Part shown: positions 40,469 through 51,653 of the stretch, piece by piece
How the letters are laid out: the number at the start of each line of letters is the position of its first letter
How positions within the stretch are numbered: position 1 is the first letter of the stretch
Assembly: GCA_051382295.1 (NCBI GenBank)
Contig: JBBCAW010000012.1
Location: 161,983 to 225,982 of the forward strand
Source: Bdellovibrionota bacterium FG-1
Lineage (GTDB): Bacteria; Bdellovibrionota; UBA1018
Length of the DNA stretch: 64,000 nucleotides
Direction of reading: 5' to 3'
Position numbers and translations under genes: made by a program
The notes under the pieces: model-generated
The model's database searches: none
Told to the model about the DNA's origin: nothing
The model's input: the letters and a program-made list of their open reading frames with translations, nothing else

Positions 40469-40804
40469 ATGCAAGTCACTGCTAAGTTGAGTTTTGTCCG
40501 GATCACCCCGCGTAAAGTGGGTTTGCTCGCGGACGAGGTCCGAGGAAAGGGCATTAATGATGCTCTGACCTATCTTCGGTTTTCCCCGAGGAAAAGGACT
40601 GCAGGTATCCTGTTTCGTCTTCTAAAGAGCGCCGCTTCAAACGCGGATCAGAAGCAGACGATTGATGTCGATAATCTTTTCGTGAAGACGATCCTAGTGG
40701 GCCAGGGCCCAACGCTTAAGCGTTTCCGCCCTCGCGCAAAGGGTTCGGCATTCCGGATCAACAAGAAGACCAGCCACGTGAGCGTAACGCTCGCCGAGCG
40801 CTAA
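40469..40804 (+). CDS. rplV: 50S ribosomal protein L22
   Basis: [19 protein letters not shown]. Confidence 0.99.
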   Translation: MQVTAKLSFVRITPRKVGLLADEVRGKGINDALTYLRFSPRKRTAGILFRLLKSAASNADQKQTIDVDNLFVKTILVGQGPTLKRFRPRAKGSAFRINKKTSHVSVTLAER

Positions 40805-40815
40805 GAGGAAGAACA

Positions 40816-41487
40816 ATGGGTCAGAAAGTTAATCCAGTTGGTTTCCGTCTTGGAATTACCCGTACTTGGGATAGTCGTTGGTTTGCTAAACGCGACTATG
40901 CAAAGCTACTTCACGAGGATATTAAGCTTCGTAAGTACCTTAAAGAGAAGCTTTATAGCGCGGGTATTTCTCGAATTGATATTGAGCGTGCGGCCACGAA
41001 GGTCAAAATCAATGTCCATACGGCTCGTCCAGGGATTGTCATTGGCAAAAAAGGCGCCGGTGTAGAGTCTCTTAAGGCTGATGTTCAAAAGCTTTCGAGT
41101 AACGAAGTATTTTTGAATATCATCGAAGTTAAAAAGCCCGAGTCAAATGCGACACTTATCGCTGAAAACGTTGCTTCGCAGCTCGAAAAACGTGTTGCTT
41201 TTCGTCGCGCGATGAAAAAATGCATGACAGCCGCCTTCAAACAGGGCATCAAGGGCATCAAAATTCGCGTCTCGGGTCGGTTGGGGGGAGCTGAAATCGC
41301 TCGTACTGAATGGTACAGCGAAGATAGTGTACCTCTGCATACTCTGCGCGCGAATATTGATTACGGAACTGCAGAAGCTCGCACCACCTATGGTGTGATT
41401 GGCGTTAAGGCGTGGGTTTATACCGGCGAGACAGTTACGCTGAAAAAGCAGGCGGCCGTAGAAGCTAAAGCTGTGCAGGGCGCATAA
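40816..41487 (+). CDS. rpsC: 30S ribosomal protein S3
   Basis: [31 protein letters not shown]. Confidence 0.99.
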   Translation: MGQKVNPVGFRLGITRTWDSRWFAKRDYAKLLHEDIKLRKYLKEKLYSAGISRIDIERAATKVKINVHTARPGIVIGKKGAGVESLKADVQKLSSNEVFLNIIEVKKPESNATLIAENVASQLEKRVAFRRAMKKCMTAAFKQGIKGIKIRVSGRLGGAEIARTEWYSEDSVPLHTLRANIDYGTAEARTTYGVIGVKAWVYTGETVTLKKQAAVEAKAVQGA

Positions 41488-41500
41488 GGAGTAATGAACA

Positions 41501-42001
41501 ATGTTGGCACCAAAAAGAGTCAAATGGCGCAAACAGCAAAAGGGTAAGATGCGTGGGAAGGCAGACCGCGGCGGTACCCTTTTCTTTGGTCAGTTTGGAC
41601 TTCAAGCTACCGAATGTGGAAAAATTACGTCGAAACAGATAGAAGCTTCTCGCGTTGCTATGACCCGTTATGTTAAGCGTGGCGGCAATATCTGGGTTCG
41701 CGTGTTTCCGAATAAGGCCTTGACCAAAAAGGCTGCTGAAACTCGCATGGGCTCCGGTAAGGGGAATGTTGAGGAGTGGGCATGCGTGATCAAGCCAGGC
41801 CGCATCATTTTTGAAATGGATGGGGTGACGCAGGCGGAGGCTTTTGAGGCACTTCGTTTGGCCAATAATAAGTTACCGGTTCCTTGTAAGCCGATTAGCC
41901 GTGCTACAGAGGCGTTGGCTAAGGCCAGCGCAGATGTAGTTCGAAAGGCGAAACTCGCCAAAAAAGCTGCTCGTGCTCCGGCAAAAAGTATCAAGGCTTA
42001 A
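41501..42001 (+). CDS. rplP: 50S ribosomal protein L16
   Basis: [21 protein letters not shown]. Confidence 0.99.
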   Translation: MLAPKRVKWRKQQKGKMRGKADRGGTLFFGQFGLQATECGKITSKQIEASRVAMTRYVKRGGNIWVRVFPNKALTKKAAETRMGSGKGNVEEWACVIKPGRIIFEMDGVTQAEAFEALRLANNKLPVPCKPISRATEALAKASADVVRKAKLAKKAARAPAKSIKA

Positions 42002-42013
42002 GGCAGAGAGGTA

Positions 42014-42220
42014 TTGAACGTGTCTACCAAGCGTTTTAAAGAATTAAAAAGTCTGTCCAAGGATGAGCTCTCCACCAAGCTTCGGGAAGCTGAGGTTGAG
42101 TTTTTTCAGGCCAAGATGAAGAAAATGACTGGCCAGTTGACGGATACGGCGAGTTTATGGCGGATCCGTAAGCAAGTGGCTCAGATCAAGACGCTTCAGA
42201 GCGCCGGGTCGGCGAAGTAA
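42014..42220 (+). CDS. rpmC: 50S ribosomal protein L29
   Basis: ELKSLSKDEL...RKQVAQIKT; operon position. Confidence 0.95.
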   Translation: MNVSTKRFKELKSLSKDELSTKLREAEVEFFQAKMKKMTGQLTDTASLWRIRKQVAQIKTLQSAGSAK

Positions 42221-42243
42221 TAGCGGTGGTGAGGTAAGGAAGA

Positions 42244-42609
42244 ATGGCTACTCAGAAAAAGACAAAAGAAGCTTCAAAATCGGTTGCGGAAGCTCCGATT
42301 CGTACTGAAGCCGCGGATTCAGTCGATTCACGTAATGCGCTCCAAAAGCGTCGCGTGGCCACTGGAATTGTGGTGAGCGATAAGATGCAGAAGACGATCG
42401 TTGTGAAGGTGGATCGGCGTGTTCGCGATACGATGTATAAAAAGTACGTCGTTCGGTCTCGTCGCTTTAAGGCTCATGACGAAACAAATGACGCCAAGAT
42501 GGGTGACCGGGTTACGCTGGTTGAATCCCGGCCGCTCAGTCGCGATAAGCGTTGGGTTTTACAATCGGTTGTCCGTCGCGCAGGTCAGACGCAGGACGTA
42601 AACGTTTAA
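42244..42609 (+). CDS. rpsQ: 30S ribosomal protein S17
   Basis: GIVVSDKMQKTIVV, ESRPLSRDKRW. Confidence 0.98.
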   Translation: MATQKKTKEASKSVAEAPIRTEAADSVDSRNALQKRRVATGIVVSDKMQKTIVVKVDRRVRDTMYKKYVVRSRRFKAHDETNDAKMGDRVTLVESRPLSRDKRWVLQSVVRRAGQTQDVNV

Positions 42610-42639
42610 GCGTTTTGGAGAGATGGAAAAGGTGAGTTT

Positions 42640-43008
42640 ATGATTCAAATGCGTACTCGTCTCGACGTTGCAGATAACTCCGGCGCTAAGTCCGTTATGT
42701 GCATTAAAGTGCTCGGCGGTTCAAAGCGGAAATACGCGAGTCTCGGTGATGTGATCGTCGTGTCAGTTAAGGTTGCTGTTCCGAATGCTAAGGTTAAAAA
42801 GGGAGAAATCCTGAAAGCCGTTATCGTTCGTACCAAGAAAGAAGTGAATCGTCACGATGGGACGTATATTCGCTTCGATACCAATTCAGCTGTGCTGATT
42901 AATGCCCAAAATGAGCCCATTGGAACCCGTATTTTCGGACCAGTGGCTCGTGAGCTTCGTGCTCGGGCATTTACTAAAATTATTTCGTTGGCTCCGGAAG
43001 TGTTGTGA
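42640..43008 (+). CDS. rplN: 50S ribosomal protein L14
   Basis: [19 protein letters not shown]. Confidence 0.99.
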   Translation: MIQMRTRLDVADNSGAKSVMCIKVLGGSKRKYASLGDVIVVSVKVAVPNAKVKKGEILKAVIVRTKKEVNRHDGTYIRFDTNSAVLINAQNEPIGTRIFGPVARELRARAFTKIISLAPEVL

Positions 43009-43014
43009 GGATTT

Positions 43015-43386
43015 ATGCAAAACACTGAGCATGGTAAATTTACGCTACGAAGGAACGACCAGGTGCAAGTCATCGCTGGGCGCGAAAAAGGCAAAACTGG
43101 CAAGATCTTGAAGGTCGATGCCAAAAACTGTCGCGTCTTGGTCGAAAAAGTTAATATGGTGAAGAGGCATACCAAGCCGTCTCAGCAGAGTCCCCAGGGT
43201 GGGATTATTGAGAAGGAACTTCCTCTGCACTATTCGAATGTGCTCCTGATGTGCCCTAAATGCAATCATGGCCGCCGCCATGGAATGAAGCTGGTCGAAA
43301 AGGCCGGGAAAAAGGGAGCTGCTGCGAAGCAGATGAGAGTCAGGATTTGCAAAAAATGCGGTGAATCGCTTGAAACAACGGCGTGA
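43015..43386 (+). CDS. rplX: 50S ribosomal protein L24
   Basis: KOW motif VQVIAGREKGKTG, GGIIEKE.PLHYSNV. Confidence 0.98.
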   Translation: MQNTEHGKFTLRRNDQVQVIAGREKGKTGKILKVDAKNCRVLVEKVNMVKRHTKPSQQSPQGGIIEKELPLHYSNVLLMCPKCNHGRRHGMKLVEKAGKKGAAAKQMRVRICKKCGESLETTA

Positions 43387-43409
43387 TTTGACTGCTGGAG
43401 GATGAGTTT

Positions 43410-44138
43410 GTGGTAGCCAATAAAGACGAAAACCAAAATCAGGCAGCCGATGGCGCTGATGCAGCTAAGGCCAGAACAGACGCTAAAAAGGCATCTGCTG
43501 AGGCGGCCCGTGCCAGAGCGAAAAAGGCCAAAGAAGATGCAGCCGCATCTTCGGTGAGGATCGCTGCCTCAGGGGAAACTAGGATTTCTCCAAGTAAGAC
43601 GCCTCGCTTACAGGTGCATTATAAGGGCAAAGCAGTGCCCGCTTTGATGAAAGAGTTCCAATACAAAAATCCGATGCAAGTTCCGCGGCTGACCAAAGTC
43701 ACGGTTAATTGCGCGGTTAAAGAAGCGGTAGCTAACCCTAAGGTTCTCGACAATACTTTTGAAGAGATTCTTGCTATTACGGGACAGAAGCCTGTGGTAA
43801 CTCGGGCACGTAAGGCAATCGCTACCTTTAAGGTTCGTAAAGGAAATGCAGTCGGCGTTATGGTAACATTGCGTCGCGCTCGCATGTATGAGTTTTTGGA
43901 CCGCCTGATGAATGTCGCGCTTCCTCGTGTTCGTGACTTCAAGGGTGTGAACCCCAAATCATTCGATGGTCGCGGTAATTACTCTCTGGGGATCCGCGAA
44001 CAGATTATTTTCCCGGAAATTAATTACGACAAGGTGGACAAGGTGCGCGGAATGACCGTGACGATCGAGACCACTGCACAAACGAACGAGCACGCTAGAG
44101 CTTTACTAACTGAGCTCGGCATGCCCTTCCGTAAGTAA
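43410..44138 (+). CDS. rplE: 50S ribosomal protein L5 (long N-terminal extension)
   Basis: [30 protein letters not shown]. Confidence 0.98.
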   Translation: MVANKDENQNQAADGADAAKARTDAKKASAEAARARAKKAKEDAAASSVRIAASGETRISPSKTPRLQVHYKGKAVPALMKEFQYKNPMQVPRLTKVTVNCAVKEAVANPKVLDNTFEEILAITGQKPVVTRARKAIATFKVRKGNAVGVMVTLRRARMYEFLDRLMNVALPRVRDFKGVNPKSFDGRGNYSLGIREQIIFPEINYDKVDKVRGMTVTIETTAQTNEHARALLTELGMPFRK

Positions 44139-44152
44139 AAAGGAGATCGCTC

Positions 44153-44338
44153 TTGTCTAAGAAGTGCAAACTCGAAGGAATTGCGAAAGCCCCGAAGTTC
44201 AAGGTGCGTGTCCGAAACCGCTGTCCGCTCTGCGGGCGGCCGCGAGCGTACATGCGTAAGTTCAATATGTGCCGTCTGTGCTTCCGCGGGCTGGCTCTCA
44301 AGGGTCAGCTTCCCGGCGTGACGAAGTCAAGCTGGTAA
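44153..44338 (+). CDS. rpsN: 30S ribosomal protein S14 (zinc-binding type)
   Basis: RCPLCGRP...CRLCFR. Confidence 0.98.
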   Translation: MSKKCKLEGIAKAPKFKVRVRNRCPLCGRPRAYMRKFNMCRLCFRGLALKGQLPGVTKSSW

Positions 44339-44359
44339 GAGTGAAGAGGAATTTATTTT

Positions 44360-44758
44360 ATGAGCATGACTGATCCGATTGCAGATCTGTTAACCAGAAT
44401 CAGAAACGCCGCCAAAGAAAAGCATGAAAAGCTTGAAGTGCCGGCGTCTAGGATGAAGGCGAACGTTGTTCGTGTGTTAAAGGATGAAGGTTATATTAAG
44501 AACTTTCGTCTGATGCGCGAAGAAGGGCGCCCTATGATTAAGGTGTATCTCAAGTACACCGACGAAGGTATGAGTGTCATCCAGGGAATTCGCCGAATAA
44601 GCAAACCTGGCTTGCGACGTTATGCCGGTTATGAAGCCATGCCCCGTCCACTGGGCGGCGCAGGTATAGCCATCGTTTCGACCTCCAAAGGTGTAACGAC
44701 AGGCCATAAGGCTCGCGCCCAAAAAATGGGTGGCGAAATTCTTTGCGAGGTCTGGTGA
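44360..44758 (+). CDS. rpsH: 30S ribosomal protein S8
   Basis: DPIADLLTRIRNA, SKPGLR, STSKG. Confidence 0.99.
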   Translation: MSMTDPIADLLTRIRNAAKEKHEKLEVPASRMKANVVRVLKDEGYIKNFRLMREEGRPMIKVYLKYTDEGMSVIQGIRRISKPGLRRYAGYEAMPRPLGGAGIAIVSTSKGVTTGHKARAQKMGGEILCEVW

Positions 44759-44762
44759 TCAT

Positions 44763-45308
44763 ATGTCGCGCGTTGGTAAAGCCCCTATTAAAATTCAACA
44801 GGGCGTAAAAGTTGAAATCAAGGACGGGTTGGTTAAGGTTGAGGGCCCTAAGGGCAAGCTCAGTCACCAACTCCCGCGCGGCGTCGCCGCAAAAATAGAT
44901 AATGGTTCGGTCGTAGTGACTCGAGATGAGAAGCAGGCTGAAAATGCCGCCGCTCTTCATGGTTTGTCTCGCACGCTGATTCATAACATGGTTCATGGGG
45001 TTCATACCGGATTTACGCGTGAACTCGATGTGGTCGGCGTTGGTTATCGTGCCGCAGTGAAGGGCATTGTTCTGACGTTGACTGTGGGTTACTCGCATCC
45101 GGTGGATTTCGAGTTGCCAGTAGGCGTGAGCGCCAAGGTTGAGAATAACACTCGTATCGTCGTGTCTGGTGCTGATAAAATGCTAGTGGGTTTGGTTGCC
45201 GCTAAGATTCGCGGATTTAAGGAACCAGAACCCTATCAGGGCAAAGGTATCAAGTACGTTGATGAGCATATCGTCCGCAAGCAAGGTAAGGCTGCGGGTG
45301 CTAAGTAA
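44763..45308 (+). CDS. rplF: 50S ribosomal protein L6
   Basis: [21 protein letters not shown]. Confidence 0.99.
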   Translation: MSRVGKAPIKIQQGVKVEIKDGLVKVEGPKGKLSHQLPRGVAAKIDNGSVVVTRDEKQAENAAALHGLSRTLIHNMVHGVHTGFTRELDVVGVGYRAAVKGIVLTLTVGYSHPVDFELPVGVSAKVENNTRIVVSGADKMLVGLVAAKIRGFKEPEPYQGKGIKYVDEHIVRKQGKAAGAK

Positions 45309-45328
45309 GGCCGGCAGTAGGAAAGATT

Positions 45329-45706
45329 ATGGCTACAAAAATTCGTCAGAATACAAGCAATAAGCAGGTGGTTCGCTTCAAGCGAAAACGCCGGATCCGC
45401 TCTCGCATTGAGGGAACGGTAGAGCGGCCGCGACTCGCGGTTTTTCGTTCTAATCGTCATCTCTACGCGCAGCTGATTGATGATATGAAGGGGCAGACGC
45501 TGGTCGCAGCCTGCACTCTTGAGGAAGAACTCAAGGGTAAGGCGGGCGCAACAATTGATGGGGCCAAGAACTTGGGCAACCTGATTGCGAAGCGTGCGTT
45601 GGCTAAGCAAATTGCCAAGGTGGTCTTTGACCGAAGTGGTTATCTGTATCACGGCCGCATTAAGGCCGTAGCGGATGCTGCTCGTGAAGGTGGTTTGAAA
45701 TTCTGA
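45329..45706 (+). CDS. rplR: 50S ribosomal protein L18
   Basis: [21 protein letters not shown]. Confidence 0.99.
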   Translation: MATKIRQNTSNKQVVRFKRKRRIRSRIEGTVERPRLAVFRSNRHLYAQLIDDMKGQTLVAACTLEEELKGKAGATIDGAKNLGNLIAKRALAKQIAKVVFDRSGYLYHGRIKAVADAAREGGLKF

Positions 45707-45743
45707 CGGGAGTAATCCCGCGTCGCGACGATGACAGGAGAAG

Positions 45744-46265
45744 ATGAATATGGCTATTGGTCAACAAATGGGCCGTCACCAGCAGGAAGATTCAGAGTTT
45801 GAAGATAAGGTGATCCACATCAATCGCTGCGCTAAAGTGGTGAAGGGCGGGCGCCGGTTCAGCTTTGCTGCTATTGTGGTGGTGGGTGATAAGAAGGGCC
45901 AGGTCGGGGTTGGACTCGGCAAGGCTGGGGAAGTTCCTGAAGCTATCAAGAAGGCAGGCAAGCAAGCGAAGAAGAATTTGATGCGGATCCCTCTTGAGGG
46001 GAATACAATTCCGCATCAGGTGATTGGTCATTTTGGTGCGAGTCAAGTTCTGATGAAGCCGGCACCCGAAGGTACCGGGATTATTGCTAGCTCGTCTGTA
46101 CGGGCAATCATGGAAGTGGCTGGAATTCAAAATATCCTGACGAAGTCAATTCGTCGTGACAACCCTCATAATGTGGTTCGGGCTACTTTGTCTGGTTTGA
46201 AGAGCCTGAGGAATATGGCTGATATCGCTAAAGCTCGCGGCAAGACCGTGGGCGAGATTCTTTGA
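45744..46265 (+). CDS. rpsE: 30S ribosomal protein S5
   Basis: [18 protein letters not shown]. Confidence 0.99.
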   Translation: MNMAIGQQMGRHQQEDSEFEDKVIHINRCAKVVKGGRRFSFAAIVVVGDKKGQVGVGLGKAGEVPEAIKKAGKQAKKNLMRIPLEGNTIPHQVIGHFGASQVLMKPAPEGTGIIASSSVRAIMEVAGIQNILTKSIRRDNPHNVVRATLSGLKSLRNMADIAKARGKTVGEIL

Positions 46266-46291
46266 TTTGCGATTCAGTTAAGGAGTGAAAA

Positions 46292-46492
46292 ATGACTGCG
46301 GCAACCAAAAAGACGATTACTATCCGCTTGAAAAAAGGCTTGATTGCTTGTCCACCAAGCCAGCGTGCTACTGTATTTGGTTTGGGGCTCAAGCGACGCG
46401 AGCAACTTCGTACTCTCGAAAACACTCCGTCGGTACGTGGGATGATTAAAAAGGTTCTTCACTTGGTCGAAGTAGTTTCAGAGACTCGATAA
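46292..46492 (+). CDS. rpmD: 50S ribosomal protein L30
   Basis: GLGLKR...NTPSVRGMIKKV.HLV. Confidence 0.96.
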   Translation: MTAATKKTITIRLKKGLIACPPSQRATVFGLGLKRREQLRTLENTPSVRGMIKKVLHLVEVVSETR

Positions 46493-46527
46493 GTTAAGTT
46501 CTAATAAATGAGCAAAGGAAGTCTGTC

Positions 46528-47028
46528 ATGTTGAAGTTGAATACGATTAAAGCTCAGCCGGGGGCCACTACTAGCCGCAAGCGTTTGGGCCGTGGTTCTG
46601 GATCTGGGCTGGGTCAGACCGCTGGTAAAGGGGATAAGGGTCAGTTGGCCCGCTCGGGTGGGAGTGTTCGTCCGGGTTTTGAAGGCGGCCAGATGCCGCT
46701 CTATCGTCGTGTTCCAAAGCGTGGCTTTAAGAATTTTGCGCGTCGCAGTAATGCGGTTCTCAATGTTCAAGATCTGGACAGGCTCAATCCGGCTGAAATT
46801 AAGGAAGTTTCCTTAGAGTCTTTGGCGAAAGCCGGGTTTGTGAAGGGGCGGCACGACCGTTTGACCATCCTTGCAACTGGGGAGATCACGAAAGCTTTTG
46901 TAGTAAAGGCTCATCGCGTTAGTCCTTCGGCAATAGAGAAAATCACTAAAGCTGGAGGAAAGGTTGAGCTAATCCCCATTCCTGGTAAGGCTGTAGTGAA
47001 GAAACAGAAGTCTCAGGCTAATCAGTAG
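46528..47028 (+). CDS. rplO: 50S ribosomal protein L15
   Basis: RLGRGSGSG, GFEGGQMPLYRRVPKRGF. Confidence 0.99.
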   Translation: MLKLNTIKAQPGATTSRKRLGRGSGSGLGQTAGKGDKGQLARSGGSVRPGFEGGQMPLYRRVPKRGFKNFARRSNAVLNVQDLDRLNPAEIKEVSLESLAKAGFVKGRHDRLTILATGEITKAFVVKAHRVSPSAIEKITKAGGKVELIPIPGKAVVKKQKSQANQ

Positions 47029-47083
47029 TTTTGATTGTCTGAAAATTATAACCGGCATTCATCCAATGGGAGTCAACTCGTAG

Positions 47084-48387
47084 ATGTCAGGCGCAGACGG
47101 GCTAGTTAAGATTCCGGAACTTCGTAAACGGATTATCTTCGCATTGGTGATGCTGGCAGTATATCGCATCGGCGTGCATATTCCCACACCAGGGGTAGAT
47201 AGTGCCGCATTGCAACAGGTCTTTGCTAATATGAAGGGGACCATCTTCGGTTGGTTTAATCTCTTCAGTGGTGGTGCACTTGAGCGTTTTAGTATTTTTG
47301 CGCTTGGGGTAATGCCCTATATTAGTAGTTCTATCATTTTTCAGTTACTAACGGTGGTATGGCCTTACCTTCACGAACTTCAAAAAGAGGGTGACCAGGG
47401 CCGAAAAAAGATCACTCAGTACACCCGCTATGGGACGGTTTTGTTATGTTTGATTCAGGGATATGGGCTTGCGTCAGGTCTTGAACATTATAATAATCCT
47501 GCTGTAGTTACCCATCCCGGATTAGCTTTTCGAGTTTTGACTACTATTACTCTGACTTGTGGGACCGTGTTTTTGATGTGGGTGGGTGAGCAGATGTCGG
47601 AGAACGGAATCGGCAACGGCATGTCGTTGTTGATTTATGCAGGGATCGCTGCTCGTATTCCTCAGGGAATGGGTGGGACGCTCAGTCTTCATCGGTCCGG
47701 TGAACTGAGTCTTTTTAAGATTTTGTTAGTTCTCGCTATTATCGTAGGCACTTTTTTCGTAATTATTTTTGTCGAGCGCGGAGCCCGGCGGATTCCCATT
47801 CAATACGCAAAGAGAATTGTCGGGCGAAAGGTGTACGGCGGTCAGAATACAAATCTTCCGCTCAAGGTGAATACTTCGGGGGTTATTCCTCCGATTTTTG
47901 CCTCCTCCCTGATTATGTTTCCTGCGACTCTTGCCACATTTTTTCCTTCTGAAAAGATTCAGCGTTTTACGTCGATGTTACAGCCAGGCGGAATGTTGTA
48001 TAATGTTCTGTTTGTTGGGCTGATTGTTTTTTTCTGTTATTTCTATACAGCCGTCACCTTCAAGACAGAAGATGTAGCTGAAAATTTGAAAAAATACGGC
48101 GGTTTTATTCCCGGGATTGCCCTGGTCAACCGACAGCTCAATACATTGACCACGTTTTAGCTCGGATTACTTTGGGTGGGGCCGTCTATATCTCAGCTAT
48201 TTGCGTATTGCCAACCTTCTTTACTCAGGCGTTGAAGGTGCCCTTTTATTTCGGCGGGACGAGTGTGTTGATTTTGGTTGGCGTTGCTTTAGATACTGTG
48301 GCGCAGATTGAGACTTTCTTGCTAACGCGAAATTACGAAGGTTTTATGAAGCATACGCGTTTGAAGGGACGAGCGGCATACACATGA
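47084..48387 (+). CDS. secY: Preprotein translocase SecY, split by a 1-nt deletion at 48118/48119
   Basis: [26 protein letters not shown]; restoring a C gives [25 protein letters not shown]...[12 protein letters not shown]. Confidence 0.97.
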
Positions 48388-49028
48388 TTCTCGTTTTGCT
48401 GGGACCTCCTGGATCTGGAAAAGGCACACAAGCGAAGAAGCTCGTTGTTGAGCACTCTTGGCCCCAGTTATCGACTGGAGATATGCTTCGTGCATCCATT
48501 GCTCAGGGGACAAAACTAGGGTTGGAGGCGAAGTCATTTATGGATCGTGGTGCCTTGGTGCCCGATGCTGTGGTGATTGGGCTGATTAATGAGCGCGCCC
48601 AGAGTCTTGATTGCAATTCTGGATTTGTATTGGATGGATTTCCAAGGACGATTCCTCAGGCGGAAGCGCTTGATGAGATGCTTCAAAAACAGGAACGAAG
48701 TGTGGATCGGGCTGTTTTATTTGAAATTCCTGATGGAGAGTTGGTTCGTCGTCTTTCCGGGCGCCGCACTTGTTTGAAGGACGGTTCGATGTATCATATC
48801 GAGTCACTTCAGCCTAAGACGGCGGGGTTCTGTGATCAGTGCGGAAGTGCATTGGTTCAGCGAGATGATGATCAGACTGAGGTCATTCAGAAGCGTTTGT
48901 CTGTTTATCACCAACAGACAAGTCCATTGGCCAGTTATTATCGTGATCAACAGAAGCTTCGGTCGGTCGACGCAAGTCGTAGTCCAGAGCAGGTAACTGA
49001 GGCTTTAGCGCAAGCCTTGGTTAAATAG
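48384..49028 (+). CDS. adk: Adenylate kinase
   Basis: [27 protein letters not shown]. Confidence 0.99.
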   Translation: MILVLLGPPGSGKGTQAKKLVVEHSWPQLSTGDMLRASIAQGTKLGLEAKSFMDRGALVPDAVVIGLINERAQSLDCNSGFVLDGFPRTIPQAEALDEMLQKQERSVDRAVLFEIPDGELVRRLSGRRTCLKDGSMYHIESLQPKTAGFCDQCGSALVQRDDDQTEVIQKRLSVYHQQTSPLASYYRDQQKLRSVDASRSPEQVTEALAQALVK

Positions 49029-49046
49029 GTATGGGAGTGGTATTAC

Positions 49047-49796
49047 ATGATCTCGCTTAAGTCTGACAGAGAACTCAACATCATGCGAAAAGCGGGTGGG
49101 ATTGTTGCGCAAATTCTTGAAGATATGGCCGCCCTGATTAAACCAGGTATAACAACGGCGGACATTGACTTTTTTGCGGAGTCACGTTGCAAGGACTTAA
49201 AGGCTTTGCCCGCATTTAAGGGTTATCACGGATTTCCAGCCTCTGTTTGCATTTCTGTCAATGATGAGGTAGTTCACGGCATCCCCTCGAAAAAAAGGGT
49301 TTTAAACGAGGGTGACATTGTTGGTCTTGATTTTGGTGTGATCTACGAGGGGTGGCATGGCGATGCGGCTAGAACCGTCCCTGTGGGGAGAATATCGTCG
49401 GAAGCCCAAAAATTGGTCGACGCTACCCGTGAGAGTTTGATGCGAGGAGTCGCGCAATGCCGCGAAGGGAATAGGGTTTTTGATATCGGTCATGCGATTC
49501 AAAATTATGTTGAAGGATTAGGATATAGCGTGGTACGGGAGTTCGTTGGTCATGGTATAGGAAGAGCCCTACACGAAGAGCCGCAGGTGCCTAATTACGG
49601 TCCGAGAGGCAAAGGTCTGCAACTTAAATCGGGTATGGTTTTAGCTGTTGAGCCCATGATTAATGCTGGTAGTTATGAAGTGAAAGTTCTAAAAGACGGT
49701 TGGACGGCCGTAACTGTAGATCGGTCTCTTTCAGCTCATTTTGAGCACACGGTTGCCATCACTCCTCGGGGACCGGAGATTTTGACGGTTGTATAG
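49047..49796 (+). CDS. map: Methionine aminopeptidase
   Basis: SVNDEVVHGIP, GHGIG..LHEEP, EPMIN, AHFEHT. Confidence 0.99.
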   Translation: MISLKSDRELNIMRKAGGIVAQILEDMAALIKPGITTADIDFFAESRCKDLKALPAFKGYHGFPASVCISVNDEVVHGIPSKKRVLNEGDIVGLDFGVIYEGWHGDAARTVPVGRISSEAQKLVDATRESLMRGVAQCREGNRVFDIGHAIQNYVEGLGYSVVREFVGHGIGRALHEEPQVPNYGPRGKGLQLKSGMVLAVEPMINAGSYEVKVLKDGWTAVTVDRSLSAHFEHTVAITPRGPEILTVV

Positions 49797-49872
49797 TCGG
49801 ATAGTCGTGTAGTGGAACGGAGTGCGGTAAAATGTTTATCGCAAAAACATTGGCAACGGTACGGGGCAAGTT

Positions 49873-49986
49873 ATGAAAGTTCGTGCATCGGTAAAGAAAA
49901 TTTGTGACAAATGTAAGGTTCTTCGGCGCAAGGGCGTGGTACGTGTGATTTGTGAAAATCCACGCCATAAACAGCGTCAAGGATAG
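49873..49986 (+). CDS. rpmJ: 50S ribosomal protein L36 (not in the ORF track)
   Basis: Manual translation [37 protein letters not shown]. Confidence 0.99.
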   Translation: MKVRASVKKICDKCKVLRRKGVVRVICENPRHKQRQG

Positions 49987-50062
49987 GTTGGAATAGATGG
50001 GGTTCTTGGGGCCTTATAAATACGCCCCAGTGTTGATTGATCTTTTGGAAGGAAGGTAACAA

Positions 50063-50446
50063 GTGGCTCGTATCGCGGGAGTCGACCTCCCACGCAATAA
50101 GCGGATGGAAGTTGCATTGACGTATATTTTTGGCATTGGCCGTCAGACTGCTAAGAAGATTCTGGGCGAAGCCCAGATTGACCTTAGCAAGAAATCGGAT
50201 ACTTTGACCGAATCGGAGGTCGCAAAGATTCGTGAACTCATCGACCGTGTTTATCGCGTGGAGGGAGACCTTCGGCGCGAAGTAAGCCTGAACATTAAAC
50301 GCTTGGTGGATCTCGGTTGTTACCGCGGTTTCCGGCATCGTAAGGGTCTGCCCGTACATGGTCAGCGTACGCATTCAAATGCCAGGACTCGTAAGGGGCC
50401 TGCTGTTGCGATTGCAGGTAAGAAGTCTGTCAAGGCGATGAAGTAA
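50063..50446 (+). CDS. rpsM: 30S ribosomal protein S13
   Basis: [25 protein letters not shown]. Confidence 0.99.
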   Translation: MARIAGVDLPRNKRMEVALTYIFGIGRQTAKKILGEAQIDLSKKSDTLTESEVAKIRELIDRVYRVEGDLRREVSLNIKRLVDLGCYRGFRHRKGLPVHGQRTHSNARTRKGPAVAIAGKKSVKAMK

Positions 50447-50455
50447 TAGGAATTT

Positions 50456-50914
50456 ATGGCTGAACAAAAAACTGAAGCAAAGAGTGAAGTAAAGAAGGAT
50501 GCAGTCGTCGTCGCCGCGGCGCCGACTGCTGAAGGTGCTGTTAAACGGGTAAAGAAGGGCAAGAAAAATATTTCCAGTGGGAATGTTTATGTGCTCTCCA
50601 CGTTTAATAACACTATTGTAACGATTACCGATGCGATGGGCAACACGGTTTGTTGGTCAACTGCAGGAGCTAAGGGCTTCCGTGGTTCTCGTAAAAACAC
50701 ACCGTTTGCTGCACAGGTCGCAGCGGAAGATGCGGGCCGTAAGGCCGTTGAAAATGGGATGCGTTCGGTGCAGGTATTCGTCAGTGGACCCGGAGCAGGT
50801 CGTGAGTCGGCTCTGCGTGCGCTGGCGTCTGTGGGCCTGCGTGTGACCTATATTGAAGATGTTACCCCGATCCCGCATAATGGGTGCCGTCCGCCGAAGC
50901 GTAGGAGAGTTTAA
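50456..50914 (+). CDS. rpsK: 30S ribosomal protein S11
   Basis: [33 protein letters not shown]. Confidence 0.99.
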   Translation: MAEQKTEAKSEVKKDAVVVAAAPTAEGAVKRVKKGKKNISSGNVYVLSTFNNTIVTITDAMGNTVCWSTAGAKGFRGSRKNTPFAAQVAAEDAGRKAVENGMRSVQVFVSGPGAGRESALRALASVGLRVTYIEDVTPIPHNGCRPPKRRRV

Positions 50915-50917
50915 GTC

Positions 50918-51544
50918 ATGGCTCGTTATTGTGAATCAGTTTGTCGCATTTGCCGTCGCGAAAATCAGAAGCTCTTTTTGAAGGGTGATCGTTGTTATAC
51001 TGAAAAATGTGGCTTCGAGCGGCGGGCCTATCCACCCGGACAGCACGGGCAGGGTCGCATTAAGTTCTCTGAATATGGCCTTCAGCTGCGTGAAAAGCAG
51101 AAGATTAAAAAGACCTATGGACTGCTTGAGAAGCAATTCCGAAGTCTCTTTGATAAGGCAGAGCGTATGAAGGGGGTTACAGGTTCCAATCTTTTGTCGC
51201 TTTTGGAGCGACGTTTGGATAACGTAGCTTATCGTTCTGGCTTTGCTAATTCTCGCGCAGAAGCTCGGCAGTTAGTTCGTCATGGTCATTTTGTGATCAA
51301 TGGTCATCGCGTTGATATCCCTTCTTTCTTGGTCAAGAAGGGCGATATGGTTGAAGTTCATGAAGCGAGCCGGAGCATGGCTCGCATTGGTGGAGCTTTG
51401 GAGGCTGTTAAACGCCGCGAAATTCCTCAGTGGCTCGAGTTGGACTCGACCTCTATGAAGTCTCGTATTCGCGATCTTCCATCTCGTGACGATATCACTG
51501 CTCCAATGCAGGAGCGTTTGGTCGTTGAGTTGTATTCGAAGTAA
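50918..51544 (+). CDS. rpsD: 30S ribosomal protein S4
   Basis: [28 protein letters not shown]. Confidence 0.99.
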   Translation: MARYCESVCRICRRENQKLFLKGDRCYTEKCGFERRAYPPGQHGQGRIKFSEYGLQLREKQKIKKTYGLLEKQFRSLFDKAERMKGVTGSNLLSLLERRLDNVAYRSGFANSRAEARQLVRHGHFVINGHRVDIPSFLVKKGDMVEVHEASRSMARIGGALEAVKRREIPQWLELDSTSMKSRIRDLPSRDDITAPMQERLVVELYSK

Positions 51545-51653
51545 TGGGGAGTTATTGAACAGTAAACCACTGAATACTTCCCGCATAGCTGTCTCTTTTT
51601 ACGGTTTGGTCCGGTAAGGATGTCTGCAGCGAGGGAATGACAGGAGAAAAACG

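Noticed and set aside
48100..48130. Programmed frameshift in secY
   Set aside because: No slippery sequence or stimulator; a simple indel error is more parsimonious.
49797..49872. infA between map and rpmJ
   Set aside because: Only 76 nt; the gene is absent here, and relocation of infA is common.
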